Below, one piece after another: positions 8,139-18,085 of a DNA stretch of 55,974 nucleotides. The notes beneath the pieces were generated by a model. That model searched no databases and was not told the DNA's origin. It saw only the letters and a program-made list of their open reading frames with translations. Made by a program: the position numbers and the translations under genes. This DNA comes from a virus (taxonomy: Duplodnaviria; Caudoviricetes): the IMG/VR virus record IMGVR_UViG_3300049142_000052, positions 1 through 55,974 of that record, one strand, 5' to 3'. Each line of letters opens with the position of its first letter. Within the stretch, counting starts at the first letter, position 1.

Positions 8139-8987
8139 ATGCCCGAGGCTACACGCCCAGCCTTCATCACCTGCGCCCGCTGCGGCGCAGAGAAGAAGGC
8201 CGGACGCAGAGGACCCGTTCCCGTCTACTGCTCGGGGGCCTGCCGGGCGGGCTCTGCCAACGACCGCCGCATAGACATCGAGTGCGCGCACTGCGGCCAG
8301 CTCGCCAACGTGCGTAGCGGAAGCAGGTACTGTTCCGCCCGCTGCAGGAACGCCAGTAACTATCGAGCAGCACAGATGGACGGCCGGTACGACGCATACC
8401 TTGCCCGGCTCCGTGAAGAGACGGTCCGCAGGCGAGCAGCCAATGCCCGCCCATGTCCTTACTGCGGCGAGCTGATGCTTCATTCTCGACGGGTGCAATG
8501 TGGAGCGGACCCCTGCCGACGTCAGCATGCCGCCGACTGGATGAGGCAATGGCAGCGCGCGTATCGAGCCAAGCATGGGGCCTGGTACCGGGCCGTCCAC
8601 TACGCGGAGCAGCAGCGCGCCTATCAGCGTGGTCGTCGGCAACAGCGCGTCCACTGGCGGCAGCTGTACCCGGAGCGGGCCGCAGCCTACGACGCACGCC
8701 GCCGAGCACTGGTTCAACAGGCCCAAACGGAGGACGCTTTCGCACCCTTCGATGTGCACACCAGGGACAACTGGACTTGCCAACTGTGCTGGCTACCCGT
8801 CGACCCGAATGTCGCGTGGCCGGACCCCATGAGCCCGAGCGTCGACCACATCATCCCGCTGTCCCGAGGCGGAACGCACGCGCTGGGTAACGTGCAGAGC
8901 GCTCACCTCGGATGCAACAGCAGCAAGTGCGACAAGGACATGGTCGACGCAGTCCTCATGCTGGCAGGGCAGGCGTCTACCAGGTAG
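8139..8987 (+). CDS. HNH endonuclease with N-terminal Zn-finger repeats (homing-type)
   Basis: Multiple CxxC / YCSxxCR; RDNWTCQLC...SVDHIIPLSRGG.H...NVQSAHLGCNSSK. Confidence 0.85.
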   Translation: MPEATRPAFITCARCGAEKKAGRRGPVPVYCSGACRAGSANDRRIDIECAHCGQLANVRSGSRYCSARCRNASNYRAAQMDGRYDAYLARLREETVRRRAANARPCPYCGELMLHSRRVQCGADPCRRQHAADWMRQWQRAYRAKHGAWYRAVHYAEQQRAYQRGRRQQRVHWRQLYPERAAAYDARRRALVQQAQTEDAFAPFDVHTRDNWTCQLCWLPVDPNVAWPDPMSPSVDHIIPLSRGGTHALGNVQSAHLGCNSSKCDKDMVDAVLMLAGQASTR

Positions 8988-9266
8988 CAGGGCGGTGCCG
9001 GCCGCCACCCGCGGGTGGATGGGTCGGCCTGCCAGTACCTCGTCTGGTGCGGCAGGCACACCGATGCTCAGGCATCGCTCGATCGTCCGTTCGCGGTCGA
9101 GCTTCACTCAAGCAGGATCAAGAGTTCGAGGTCTCGTGAAGCCTGGGCTTGAGCAGGGTTGCGTGTAATCTCCCCGCGCGGCCGTGCCGGCCGAAGCCCT
9201 CCAGAGTCGATCATCACCGCCATGATCACCTGGGGGGCAACCCCATGATCCACTTTCTATTCGGAT

Positions 9267-9277
9267 CGGGCGGGTAT
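9267..9277. other. Candidate cos (3' cohesive end) CGGGCGGGTA(T)
   Basis: Non-coding gap between HNH and terS; resembles 10-nt CGGNNGGTAA-type actinophage overhangs; inverted CCCGCCCG at 9290-9297. Confidence 0.4.
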
Positions 9278-9401
9278 AGCACCTGAGATCCCGCCCGGGT
9301 TTTCTAGGCGGCCGGCCGCGCCCTGGAGGCAGGCCAAACCATGATCACGACGGTGCCCCGGTGGCACCTTCTCCGCACCGGCCGAGACCCTGGAGGTCGA
9401 C

Positions 9402-9842
9402 ATGGGTGCACGTGGTCCTATCGGAAAGCGCTCCGAGGAGCGCATGGGCCATCGCTCGAAGGAAGAGAAGAACTCGATCACGAAGGCTGCCTCAGGGGCA
9501 CCCATCGATCTACCGGATCTGCCCGACGCAGACCCGCTGTGGCACCCGATCGCGACGGACTGGTACTTGTCGCTGCGCGAGTCGGGCCAGGCCGCTTTCT
9601 ATCAGCCGTCGGACTGGGCGGTGGCCCGGTATGCCGCCGACCTGATGTCGAAGGTGCTGCTGTCGGAGCGCGGGCCGAACGGCCAGCTGGTGGCGGCGTT
9701 GAACTCGGTAATGTCGTCGCTGCTGACGACTGAGGGCGACCGCCGCCGGGCTCGCATGGAGCTGGAGCGGAAGAAGCCGGCCGGGACGAAGTTGGCGTCG
9801 GTGAGCCCGTTGGATTCCTACCGTGACATCGCCGGAGGCTGA
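9402..9842 (+). CDS. terS: Terminase small subunit
   Basis: RGPIGKRSEER; WHPIA..WY.SL.ESGQA.FYQPSDWA; LLTTEGDRRRAR. Confidence 0.9.
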   Translation: MGARGPIGKRSEERMGHRSKEEKNSITKAASGAPIDLPDLPDADPLWHPIATDWYLSLRESGQAAFYQPSDWAVARYAADLMSKVLLSERGPNGQLVAALNSVMSSLLTTEGDRRRARMELERKKPAGTKLASVSPLDSYRDIAGG

Positions 9843-11574
9843 CGGGCAGGTCCCGGACGTCGTCGAGCCTTTCACCCTCGGGCCGACGTGGAAGCGCGGC
9901 CCGGACGGCAAGTTCATCTTGCCGGAGTACACGCTGGGTTGGCAGTGTCTGGCCTGGACTAAGACGTATCTGCAGCACTACGTCGGGAAGGCGTGGCAGT
10001 ACACGCCCGAGCAGGCTCGCCTGACCCTGTGGTGGTACGCCATGGATCCGGAGACGAACCGGTTTCTGTACCGCGACGGCGTGATCCAGAGGCTGAAGGG
10101 CCATGGGAAGGACCCGCTGAAGGCGACGTGGGCGGGGTTCGAGTTCGTCGGTCCATGCCGGTTCGCTGAGGTCGCCGACGAGGACAACGAGTGGGGTATT
10201 CCGGCGGGGCAGCCGCTTGGGATGCAGCATCCTGCGGCATGGGTGCAGATGGCGGCCGTCAGCCAGGACCAGACGCGGAACACGATGACCCTGTTCCCGG
10301 GCTTGTTCTCGAAGCGGGCGATCGAGGAGTACCGCATCGACCTCGGCAAGGAGATCATCTATGCCGACAAGGGGCGGGCCCGGATCGAAGCGGTGACCTC
10401 GTCGCCGCGGGCCCTCGAAGGTGGGCGACCGACGGCCACCTACATGGGGGAGACGCATCACTGGCTGGAGTCGAACTCGGGCCACGAGATGGCGGCCGTG
10501 ATCGAGCGGAACGCGACTAAGTCGGCGGACGGGCAGTCTCGGACGTTGGCGGACACGAATGCGTTTGAGCCGGGTGAGGACTCGGTTGCGGAGCGCACTC
10601 GGGACGCCTACGAGGCTGCGGAAGCCGGCCGGGCCGCTGACACGGGGCTGTTCTATGACTCGTTGGAGGCTCCGCCTGAGGCGAAGTTGACGGAGGCGTG
10701 GATCGAGCCGACGCTGCGGGCGGTGCGTGGGGATTCGACGTGGCTGGACATCGGCCGGTTGAAGGCGTCGATCCTGGACCCGCGGAACCCTCCGTCCAGG
10801 TCGCGGCGGTTTTGGTACAACCAGATTGTCGCCGCTGAGGACGCGTGGATGGCCCGCTACGAGTGGGATGCCTGCAAGCGCGAGGATCTGCGCTTTGAGG
10901 ACGGTGACGAGGTCGTCCTGTTCTTCGACGGTTCCAAGAGTGACGATGCGACAGGCTTGTGCGTCTGTCGCATGTCGGACGGTCTCGTGACCGCGCTCGG
11001 TGTTTGGCAGAAGCCGGCGAACTGGCCGGCGCCGAACACTCCGGGTTTCGTGCCCTACCAGGTGCCGCGGGACGAGGTGCACGGCGTGGTGGAGAACGCG
11101 TTTGCCCGGTTCAAGGTGTTGGCGTTCTTCGCGGACCCGGGTTCCGGGCAGGACGACGACGGCGAGATGTACTGGGACTCCTACATCGACCTGTGGGGGC
11201 AGACCTGGGGGTCGAAGCTGGTCCTCCGGTCGGTGCTGTCGGGTCCGAAGGCGCACGCGGTGCGCTGGGATATGCGCGACTCCCGCAATCAGGAGCAGTT
11301 CACGGAGGCGGTGAAGCGCACGCACGCCGATGTGTTGGAGCGGACGCTCATCCATGACGGGCACAAGGTGCTCCGCACTCATGTGATCAATTCGCGACGG
11401 CGGACGAACCGGTGGGGTGTGACGATCGGCAAGGAGCACCGTGAGTCGGCTCGAAAGATCGACTTGGCGGTGTGCATGGTCGGGGCGCGGATGTTGCGCC
11501 GCATGATCCTCAACTCGCCGAAGCGGGCGAAGAAGAAAGCCACGGGCAAGGGACGGGTGGTGGTGCTGCGGTGA
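9823..11574 (+). CDS. terL: Terminase large subunit
   Basis: Walker A RLKGHGKD; AVSQDQT; ETHHW; nuclease FFDGSKSDDATG and KIDLAV. Confidence 0.95.
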   Translation: MTSPEADGQVPDVVEPFTLGPTWKRGPDGKFILPEYTLGWQCLAWTKTYLQHYVGKAWQYTPEQARLTLWWYAMDPETNRFLYRDGVIQRLKGHGKDPLKATWAGFEFVGPCRFAEVADEDNEWGIPAGQPLGMQHPAAWVQMAAVSQDQTRNTMTLFPGLFSKRAIEEYRIDLGKEIIYADKGRARIEAVTSSPRALEGGRPTATYMGETHHWLESNSGHEMAAVIERNATKSADGQSRTLADTNAFEPGEDSVAERTRDAYEAAEAGRAADTGLFYDSLEAPPEAKLTEAWIEPTLRAVRGDSTWLDIGRLKASILDPRNPPSRSRRFWYNQIVAAEDAWMARYEWDACKREDLRFEDGDEVVLFFDGSKSDDATGLCVCRMSDGLVTALGVWQKPANWPAPNTPGFVPYQVPRDEVHGVVENAFARFKVLAFFADPGSGQDDDGEMYWDSYIDLWGQTWGSKLVLRSVLSGPKAHAVRWDMRDSRNQEQFTEAVKRTHADVLERTLIHDGHKVLRTHVINSRRRTNRWGVTIGKEHRESARKIDLAVCMVGARMLRRMILNSPKRAKKKATGKGRVVVLR

Positions 11575-13037
11575 CCGTTTCCATCCCTGAGCTGCCTCTG
11601 GTGTATCTGTCGGATGACGAGCTCGCGCTGGTGAACATGTTGCGGGCGGACATGCTGCGGGATCGCTGGTCGCTGCAGTTGCGGGACGCCTATTTCAACG
11701 GGGAGCAGCTCGTCCGTGACCTCGGCATCAGCATTCCGCCGCAGCTCAAGGGCTTGCATACGGTGATCGGCTGGCCTCGGGTGGGCGTCGAGTCGCTGGA
11801 GGAGCGTCTCGATCTGGAGGCGTTCCGCTGGGCGGACGGTTCGGACTCGAGCGAGCTGGCGGAGATCGCCGAGGCGAACGATTTGTTCGACGAGTCCAGC
11901 CTCGCGCACCTGGATGCGCTGGTGTACGGCCGGGAGTATCTGGCGGTCGGCTCGGGGGACTGCGGCACGGGCGACTGCCCGCCGCTGATCTCGGTGGAGT
12001 CGCCGCTGGACATGACCCTGATGTGGGATGCCCGGCTGCGGATGGGGACGGCGGCGCTGCGCGAGTGTGCGGCCGACAGCTACATCGAGGCGGGGCCCGA
12101 GGAGCGGATGCTGGTCTTGTACCTGCCGGATCAGACGGTGATGTGCGTGCCGTCGGAGTCTGGCGGGTGGGAAGTCGTCGACCGCGACATCCACGGTCTC
12201 GGGATCGTGCCGGTCGTCAGGTTGGCGAACCGGCAGCGGACCGCGGACCGGGTCGGCAAGAGCGAGATCACCCCGGAGGTCATGTCGATCACGGACGCCG
12301 CCTGCCGGCGTCTGATGGGCATGGAGGTCGCTGCGGAGTTCTTCGGCGCCCCGCAGCGGTACATCCTTGGGGCGTCGGAGTCGGCGTTCCAGGACGCGGA
12401 CGGCACGGCCAAGAGTGCGTGGGAGACGTACATCGGCCGGGTGCTTGCCCTGGAGCGGGACGAGGACGGGAACGTCCCGAATGTCGGTCAGTTCGCTGCT
12501 CATGATCCGACAGGCATGACGAAGATCATCGACTTGTATGCGCGGATCATGTCGTCGCAGTTCGGTCTGCCGCCGCACATGCTCGGCTACACCACTGACA
12601 ACCCGGCCTCTGCGGATGCGATCCGGTCCACGGAGGCGAAGTTGGTGAAGCGGTCGGAGCGGCGGATCCGTAGGTTCGGGGCGGCGTGGCAGCAGGCGAT
12701 GCGCCTCGCGTTGTGGGTGCGGCACGGTGAGCCGCCGGACAAGGCGCGCCGTATCGAGACGGTGTGGCGGAACCCGGCGACTCCGACGGTCGCGGCCCAG
12801 GTGGACGCGACGGTCAAGCTCGTCCAGGCCGGTGTGCTTCCCGCCGACAGCGACGTCACGCTGGAGATGGCCGGCTTCACCGAGGGGCAGCGGCAGCGGA
12901 TCGCTGTGGATCGGCGTCGTTCGGCTGCTGCCGCTGCTGGCGGCGGGTTGCTGGAGCGGCTGTCCGCTTTGGACGACCGGCCTGCCGCGGCTTTGCCGGA
13001 TGTGGCGGAGGTGTCGGGTGGCGACGACGGTCTCTGA
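11571..13037 (+). CDS. Portal protein (SPP1 gp6-like)
   Basis: GTGA overlap with terL; GWPRVGVESLEERL, GKSEIT, EFFGAPQRYILG, NPASADAIR, WRNPATPT. Confidence 0.92.
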   Translation: MTVSIPELPLVYLSDDELALVNMLRADMLRDRWSLQLRDAYFNGEQLVRDLGISIPPQLKGLHTVIGWPRVGVESLEERLDLEAFRWADGSDSSELAEIAEANDLFDESSLAHLDALVYGREYLAVGSGDCGTGDCPPLISVESPLDMTLMWDARLRMGTAALRECAADSYIEAGPEERMLVLYLPDQTVMCVPSESGGWEVVDRDIHGLGIVPVVRLANRQRTADRVGKSEITPEVMSITDAACRRLMGMEVAAEFFGAPQRYILGASESAFQDADGTAKSAWETYIGRVLALERDEDGNVPNVGQFAAHDPTGMTKIIDLYARIMSSQFGLPPHMLGYTTDNPASADAIRSTEAKLVKRSERRIRRFGAAWQQAMRLALWVRHGEPPDKARRIETVWRNPATPTVAAQVDATVKLVQAGVLPADSDVTLEMAGFTEGQRQRIAVDRRRSAAAAAGGGLLERLSALDDRPAAALPDVAEVSGGDDGL

Positions 13038-13791
13038 CGGAGGCCGCGACCCGGACCGATACCGGGCGGCCCAGATCGGGTTGTCTCGTCTGCTGGTGCG
13101 GGATGTGCGCCGGCTCCGACGGTTGATCATTCCGTCGCGGCTGCGGACGTCGATGCCGGACTGGTTCGCCGCGGTGCAGGTCGTGGTCGACCAGTACGCG
13201 CAGACGTCGGCCGCGTTGGGTGCCGAGTTTTACGACGCGCAGCGGGATGTGGCCGAGGTGTCTGGGTCGTTCACGGTACCTGTCGCGGATCCGCCGCCAG
13301 CAGAGAAGACCGAGGCGAGTCTGCGGTGGGCGGCCAAGGACGTCTGGGAGCGCGACCCCGAGGTGGCGACCGAGGCGCAGCTTCAACCGCTGGACACGCG
13401 GTTGGAGCAGGCGGAGAAGAAGGCCGAGATGGTCGCGCAGAAACTGGTTGCCGACACGGGCCGAGCCACGGTACTCGAGGCTGTCCGGCAAGACTCGCAG
13501 GCGACGGCGTGGGCTCGCTCCGCCGCTCTGGGCGCTTGCGCCTTCTGCAAGCTCATTGCCAGCAGGGGGGCTGTGTTCGCTCAGGACACGGCGCGTTTCC
13601 AGGCGCACGACGGCTGCCACTGCGGCGTCATCCCGGTCTTCCGGGGGCAGCGGTTCGAGCCGTCCCCGCAGGCCCGTGAGTGGGCGCGGCTGTACGAGGA
13701 GTACGCCGCCGGCCATTCCGGTAGCCAGTTGGCTCGCTTCCGGCGGGCTCTGGCGGAGCACGATTCGAACCCGCTCCCTGGAGCGTTCTGA
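13018..13791 (+). CDS. MuF-like minor head / capsid maturation protein
   Basis: ACAFCKLIASRG...FQAHDGCHCGVIP. Confidence 0.8.
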   Translation: MATTVSDGGRDPDRYRAAQIGLSRLLVRDVRRLRRLIIPSRLRTSMPDWFAAVQVVVDQYAQTSAALGAEFYDAQRDVAEVSGSFTVPVADPPPAEKTEASLRWAAKDVWERDPEVATEAQLQPLDTRLEQAEKKAEMVAQKLVADTGRATVLEAVRQDSQATAWARSAALGACAFCKLIASRGAVFAQDTARFQAHDGCHCGVIPVFRGQRFEPSPQAREWARLYEEYAAGHSGSQLARFRRALAEHDSNPLPGAF

Positions 13792-13851
13792 CCCTGGTCG
13801 CCCTGGTGGCGGCCTTCCTCATTTCTACAGCCCCTGGAGGGCCGATTCGTC

Positions 13852-14487
13852 ATGCCCGAAGAGACCGAGACGATCGAGCAGCGAGACACCGGCGCCGAGG
13901 GAACCGTCGAGGAGACGGCGACCGAGGAGAGCGGCACCGAGCAGCGGGACGACGCCCAGGAGGCGGAGGCTGGCAAGCAGGAGGAGCCGTTCGACCGGAA
14001 GAAGTTTGAGGCCGAACTGCGGAAGAAGAACAGCGAGGCCGCGAACCTCCGTAAGCGTCTGAAGGAGCTGGAGCCGGCGGCTGCCGAGCTGCAGCGCATC
14101 AAGGACGCCGAGAAGTCGGAGTCCGAGCGTCTCAACGAGCAGCTGCAGCGCGCTCAGGAGCAGGTCGCGAGGACGCGTCAGCGGCTGGTGCGCACGCAGG
14201 TGCAGGCGCTGGCGATGACGTCGTTCGCCGACCCGGAGGATGCGGTCGGCGCGCTGGATCTCGACTCGTACATCGACTCTGACGGCGACATCGACGAGGC
14301 GGCCATCAAGGCGGACCTCGACGCGCTCTTGGAGCGCAAGCCGCACTGGGCGAAGACCCAGCCCCAGGAGGGCCCGCGGCGTCCCGCACCGGACCGCACC
14401 CAGGCGTCCGGCGCCAACAAGAAGCAGGCCCCCAACCCGCGCGACGAGTTCGCCGGGTGGCTGAGTTCGCGGCTTCCTAGCCGCTGA
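13852..14487 (+). CDS. Scaffolding protein
   Basis: Acidic N-terminus, coiled coil, FADPEDA, position just before capsid gene. Confidence 0.85.
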   Translation: MPEETETIEQRDTGAEGTVEETATEESGTEQRDDAQEAEAGKQEEPFDRKKFEAELRKKNSEAANLRKRLKELEPAAAELQRIKDAEKSESERLNEQLQRAQEQVARTRQRLVRTQVQALAMTSFADPEDAVGALDLDSYIDSDGDIDEAAIKADLDALLERKPHWAKTQPQEGPRRPAPDRTQASGANKKQAPNPRDEFAGWLSSRLPSR

Positions 14488-14498
14488 GAGAAGGAATC

Positions 14499-15452
14499 AT
14501 GGCTACGGCCCCCATCACTTCGAGCAATGTCCCGGGCGAACTGCTCCCGCGGACGATCACCGCTCCGATCTTCGACAAGTCGCAGGAGCAGTCCGCGGTG
14601 ATGGCGCTGGCGCGGCGGGCGCCGCTGTCGCTGGACGCCACCACGAGCGTGCCGATCCCGATGGACGTGCCGACCGCGGACTGGGTCGGGCAGGCGGCGA
14701 AGAAGCCGCTGTCGACGGGCGGCATCGACGTCAAGCAGATGCAGGCCAAGAAGCTGGCCGTGCTCATCCCGGTCGCGATGGAGGTGGCCCGCACGAACAC
14801 GGCCGGCCTCTACGACCAGCTGCAGAAGGATCTGCCGACGGCGTTCGCGCGGGCCTTCGACCACGCGGCGATCCACGGCAAGACCATGAAGGGCGCGGCG
14901 GGCCCGTTCACCGAGTACCTCGCCGCCACCAGCAACTCGGTGGCGCTGGGGACGGCGACGCAGGCGAACGGCGGGATCTGGGCCGACTTCGTGACCGGCA
15001 TGAGCGAGGTCATCGACGGCGACTGGGACTACACCGGCACGGTCGCGGACCACCGGCTGAAGCCGCAGCTGCTGCTGGCGACGGACACGACGGGGCGGCC
15101 GATCCTGGTGGACACGCAGACGCCGGGGACGGACATGGCGGCGGCGGGCACGCTGATCGGTGAGCCGCTGGCGTACTCCCGCAGCGTGTCGGGTAAGCAG
15201 CGCCGGCAGTCGGCGTCGACGGACACGGGGCTGCGGGCAATCGGCGGGGACTGGTCCCAGGCGGCGTATGGCGTGGGCATGGACATCACAATCCGGGTGT
15301 CCGACCAGGCGACCTACGTCGACGAGGACGGCGGCGTGCACTCGGCCTTCCAGGAGAATTTGGTGTTGATCTTGGCGGAGGCGTACTACGGCTTCGTCAT
15401 GGGCGACGTCGACGCGTTCGTGAAGTTCACCGGCACGCCGAGCGGTTCCTGA
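14499..15452 (+). CDS. Major capsid protein (HK97 fold)
   Basis: ADWVG, KKLAVLIP, FD.AAIHG, GDWSQ..YG, SAFQENLV.I.AE. Confidence 0.93.
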   Translation: MATAPITSSNVPGELLPRTITAPIFDKSQEQSAVMALARRAPLSLDATTSVPIPMDVPTADWVGQAAKKPLSTGGIDVKQMQAKKLAVLIPVAMEVARTNTAGLYDQLQKDLPTAFARAFDHAAIHGKTMKGAAGPFTEYLAATSNSVALGTATQANGGIWADFVTGMSEVIDGDWDYTGTVADHRLKPQLLLATDTTGRPILVDTQTPGTDMAAAGTLIGEPLAYSRSVSGKQRRQSASTDTGLRAIGGDWSQAAYGVGMDITIRVSDQATYVDEDGGVHSAFQENLVLILAEAYYGFVMGDVDAFVKFTGTPSGS

Positions 15453-16486
15453 TGGGGTCGGCTGTCCCGGCTTCCGCGCCGGGCGGGGCAGCCAAGCCCC
15501 TGAAGGTCGTGGCCCGCGTCCATGCCATGCCGCCGGAGCACAATGCGGGCGCCGAGCACATGCTCGTGTCGATGCTGCGGCCTCTGGTGGAGCGCGGGCA
15601 CGACGTGCAGGTGTGGCTGTCCCGCTATGGGAAGACCAGCCGGGAGTACGAGTACCGCGGCATCCGTGTGGTGCCGCTGGCTTCCCGGCTGGACTTCCCG
15701 TCGGCTGTCCGGCGGGCGGATGTGCTGCTGGCTCATCTGGAGACGGTGCCGTCTACAGCGTCGCTGGCCCGCGGATACGGCAAGCCGCTGATCGTGCTGT
15801 GCCACAACACCCACCGGCCGACGTTCCGGGACATGGGCACTGGCGGGACCGCGCTTGCGGTGTACAACAGCCAGTGGATGGAGCGGGAGGCGGAGCTCTT
15901 CTTCGCCGAGTACCCGAAGGCCATCCGCCCCGCGAAGTCGCTGATCGTGCGTCCGCCGGTGTTCGCCGACGAGTACGCGACGAAACCCGGCAAGGCGATC
16001 ACGCTGGTCAACTGCAACCCGGAGAAGGGCGGCAAGGTTCTCAAGGCCCTCGCCGAACGGATGCCGGACCAGCAGTTCCTCGCGGTGAAGGGCGCCTACG
16101 GCGAGCAGGTCCTCCCGGACCTGCCGAACGTCGAGGTCGTCGAGCACGTCCGTGGCGAGGACATGCGCGAGCGGGTGTACGCCCGCACGCGGGTGCTCCT
16201 CATGCCGTCGTCCTACGAGTCGTGGGGCCGGGCCGGCGCCGAGGCGCTGGCCAGCGGCATCCCGGTCCTAGCCCACCCGACGCCCGGCTTGTGCGAGTCC
16301 CTGGGCGAGGCGGGCATCTTCGTCGACCGCAATGACATCGATGGGTACGAGGCGGTCCTGCGGAAGCTGCTGACGCCCGCGGAGTACAGGCTGGCGTCGA
16401 AGCGTGCGAAGGCCCGCAGCGTCGAGCTCGACCCGGCCGCCGACCTGGCGGCCTGGTGCAGCGCTGTGGAGTCCGTAGCCGGATAG
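15452..16486 (+). CDS. Glycosyltransferase, GT-B / GT4-like
   Basis: TGATG overlap with capsid stop; PPEHNAGAE, KGG, LMPSSYESWGRAGAEALASGIPVLA (EX7E motif). Confidence 0.92.
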   Translation: MGSAVPASAPGGAAKPLKVVARVHAMPPEHNAGAEHMLVSMLRPLVERGHDVQVWLSRYGKTSREYEYRGIRVVPLASRLDFPSAVRRADVLLAHLETVPSTASLARGYGKPLIVLCHNTHRPTFRDMGTGGTALAVYNSQWMEREAELFFAEYPKAIRPAKSLIVRPPVFADEYATKPGKAITLVNCNPEKGGKVLKALAERMPDQQFLAVKGAYGEQVLPDLPNVEVVEHVRGEDMRERVYARTRVLLMPSSYESWGRAGAEALASGIPVLAHPTPGLCESLGEAGIFVDRNDIDGYEAVLRKLLTPAEYRLASKRAKARSVELDPAADLAAWCSAVESVAG

Positions 16487-16494
16487 GAGGAGCC

Positions 16495-16905
16495 GTGGCA
16501 TTCGTTCCTCCTACCGCCGAGCAGCTCGGCCTGTACCTGGGGCTTTCTGAGATCGACGGGGCTCGCGCCGATCTGCTGATCGCCACGGCGACCAGCCTGT
16601 GTCAGACGATCGTCAAGCCGCTCCCGGAGGGCGCGGAGGCGGTCGTCTTGTCGGTGGCTGGCCGGGCGTATGTGAATCCGCAGCAGGTGTCTTACGAGAC
16701 GATCGGCCCGATGTCGGTGCAGCGCCCTCAGGGTTCTGGCGGCCTGTACCTGACGAAGTCCGACAAGAGCGCGCTGAAGTCCCTCGCGGGCCGCGGCGGA
16801 GCCTTCATCGTCGACCCGACCCCCACGACGGCGGATCCGTCGCCGACGTGGCCGATCGACGATGCCGGCTTCGCGGACGAGTTCGAGCCCGGCTGGGGGT
16901 ACTGA
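16495..16905 (+). CDS. Head-tail connector/adaptor
   Basis: RBS AGGAGG; RAYVNPQQVSYETIGPMS...GGLYLT. Confidence 0.8.
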   Translation: MAFVPPTAEQLGLYLGLSEIDGARADLLIATATSLCQTIVKPLPEGAEAVVLSVAGRAYVNPQQVSYETIGPMSVQRPQGSGGLYLTKSDKSALKSLAGRGGAFIVDPTPTTADPSPTWPIDDAGFADEFEPGWGY

Positions 16906-17276
16906 TGCCTGCCCCGTACCCGTTCGGGGAGACGGTGCGGATCCTGCGCACCGGCCCTTCGCCCGGCCGGGATCCGCGCGGGCAGCCACTGCCGGGGCCG
17001 GACGAGTCTTTCGACCTTCCCGGATGTGTGGTGACGCCGCGACAGCAGTCGCCCCAGGTGGGTGGCTCTGATCAGCAGGAGAGGGACACGGTAATCGTCG
17101 GCTGGACCGTCTACGCCCCGCCAGATCATCCGCGGATGCCGCTGCGCACCACCGATAAGGCCGTGATCCGAGGCGTCACCTGTGAGATCACAGGCGAGCC
17201 CGGCGACTGGGGCCGCTCACCGTTCACCGGAACCCGTGGCCCGATCCAGTTTGCTGCCGACCGCGTCACCGGCTGA
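16905..17276 (+). CDS. Head-tail stopper
   Basis: TGATG overlap; GETVRILR...DPRG...WGRSPFTG...RVTG. Confidence 0.75.
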   Translation: MPAPYPFGETVRILRTGPSPGRDPRGQPLPGPDESFDLPGCVVTPRQQSPQVGGSDQQERDTVIVGWTVYAPPDHPRMPLRTTDKAVIRGVTCEITGEPGDWGRSPFTGTRGPIQFAADRVTG

Positions 17277-17293
17277 TCTGTAAGGAGGTGGCT

Positions 17294-17623
17294 GTGACTG
17301 CCAGGTTCAAGGTGAAACGCAAAGGCGTCGGCCAGATGCTGCGGATGCCGGGGATGCAGGCGGAGATGCTGCGCCGCGCCGAGGTCATCAAGGGCGTCGC
17401 GGTCGGCCTGTCCCCGGTCGACCCGCGCAGTCCGCACCCTGGCCACTACAAGGAATCGTGGGAGACGGACAGTACCGCCCGGGGCGGTCGCCGCCGTGAC
17501 CGCGCGGTGGGCTACGTCCGGAACACGGCGTACTACGCCCGCTGGGTGGAGTACGGCACCGAGAAGGTCCACGCCCACCATGTCCTGCTGCGGGCTGCTC
17601 AGGTCGGCGGGCGGAACCAGTGA
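17294..17623 (+). CDS. HK97 gp10-like neck/tail completion protein
   Basis: GHYKESW, YARWVEYGT; RBS AAGGAGG (alternative start 17288). Confidence 0.75.
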   Translation: MTARFKVKRKGVGQMLRMPGMQAEMLRRAEVIKGVAVGLSPVDPRSPHPGHYKESWETDSTARGGRRRDRAVGYVRNTAYYARWVEYGTEKVHAHHVLLRAAQVGGRNQ

Positions 17624-18012
17624 CCGTCCTCGTCGACATCGAGGGCGAGCTGATTCCGCGCGCTCAGGCCCGCTGGCCGAACGCTGTGGCCCGGGATGAA
17701 CTCGACAACAACCTGCTGAACGAGCTGCCGACGATCCAGATCACGCAGATTCCCGGCGGGGGCATTTCCGCTGGCCGCTTGGCCCGGATGCTCGTCGACA
17801 TCGACGTGTACGCGGCCACCCGCGCGGAAGCGTTCGACCTCGCTCGCGAGGTCGTCGCATGGGTGGAGCGGGAGCTTCGCGGATCGACTACCGACACGAT
17901 GGCCATCGGCCGGGCTGACGTCGTCACCCTGCCTGCGATCCGCCCATACGAGAACACCGCCCTCCGCAGGGTGGGCGCCACCTACGAGATCTTCTGTCAC
18001 CCGGTCTCCTGA
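17620..18012 (+). CDS. Tail terminator
   Basis: Position; VDIDVYAATRAEA. Confidence 0.75.
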   Translation: MTVLVDIEGELIPRAQARWPNAVARDELDNNLLNELPTIQITQIPGGGISAGRLARMLVDIDVYAATRAEAFDLAREVVAWVERELRGSTTDTMAIGRADVVTLPAIRPYENTALRRVGATYEIFCHPVS

Positions 18013-18085
18013 CCGGCTGTTCGGCCCGCGCCAGGCCCTGTCAGTTCCCGCCCGTGCGCGGGCTTCACGCATGTCTGGAGACATC

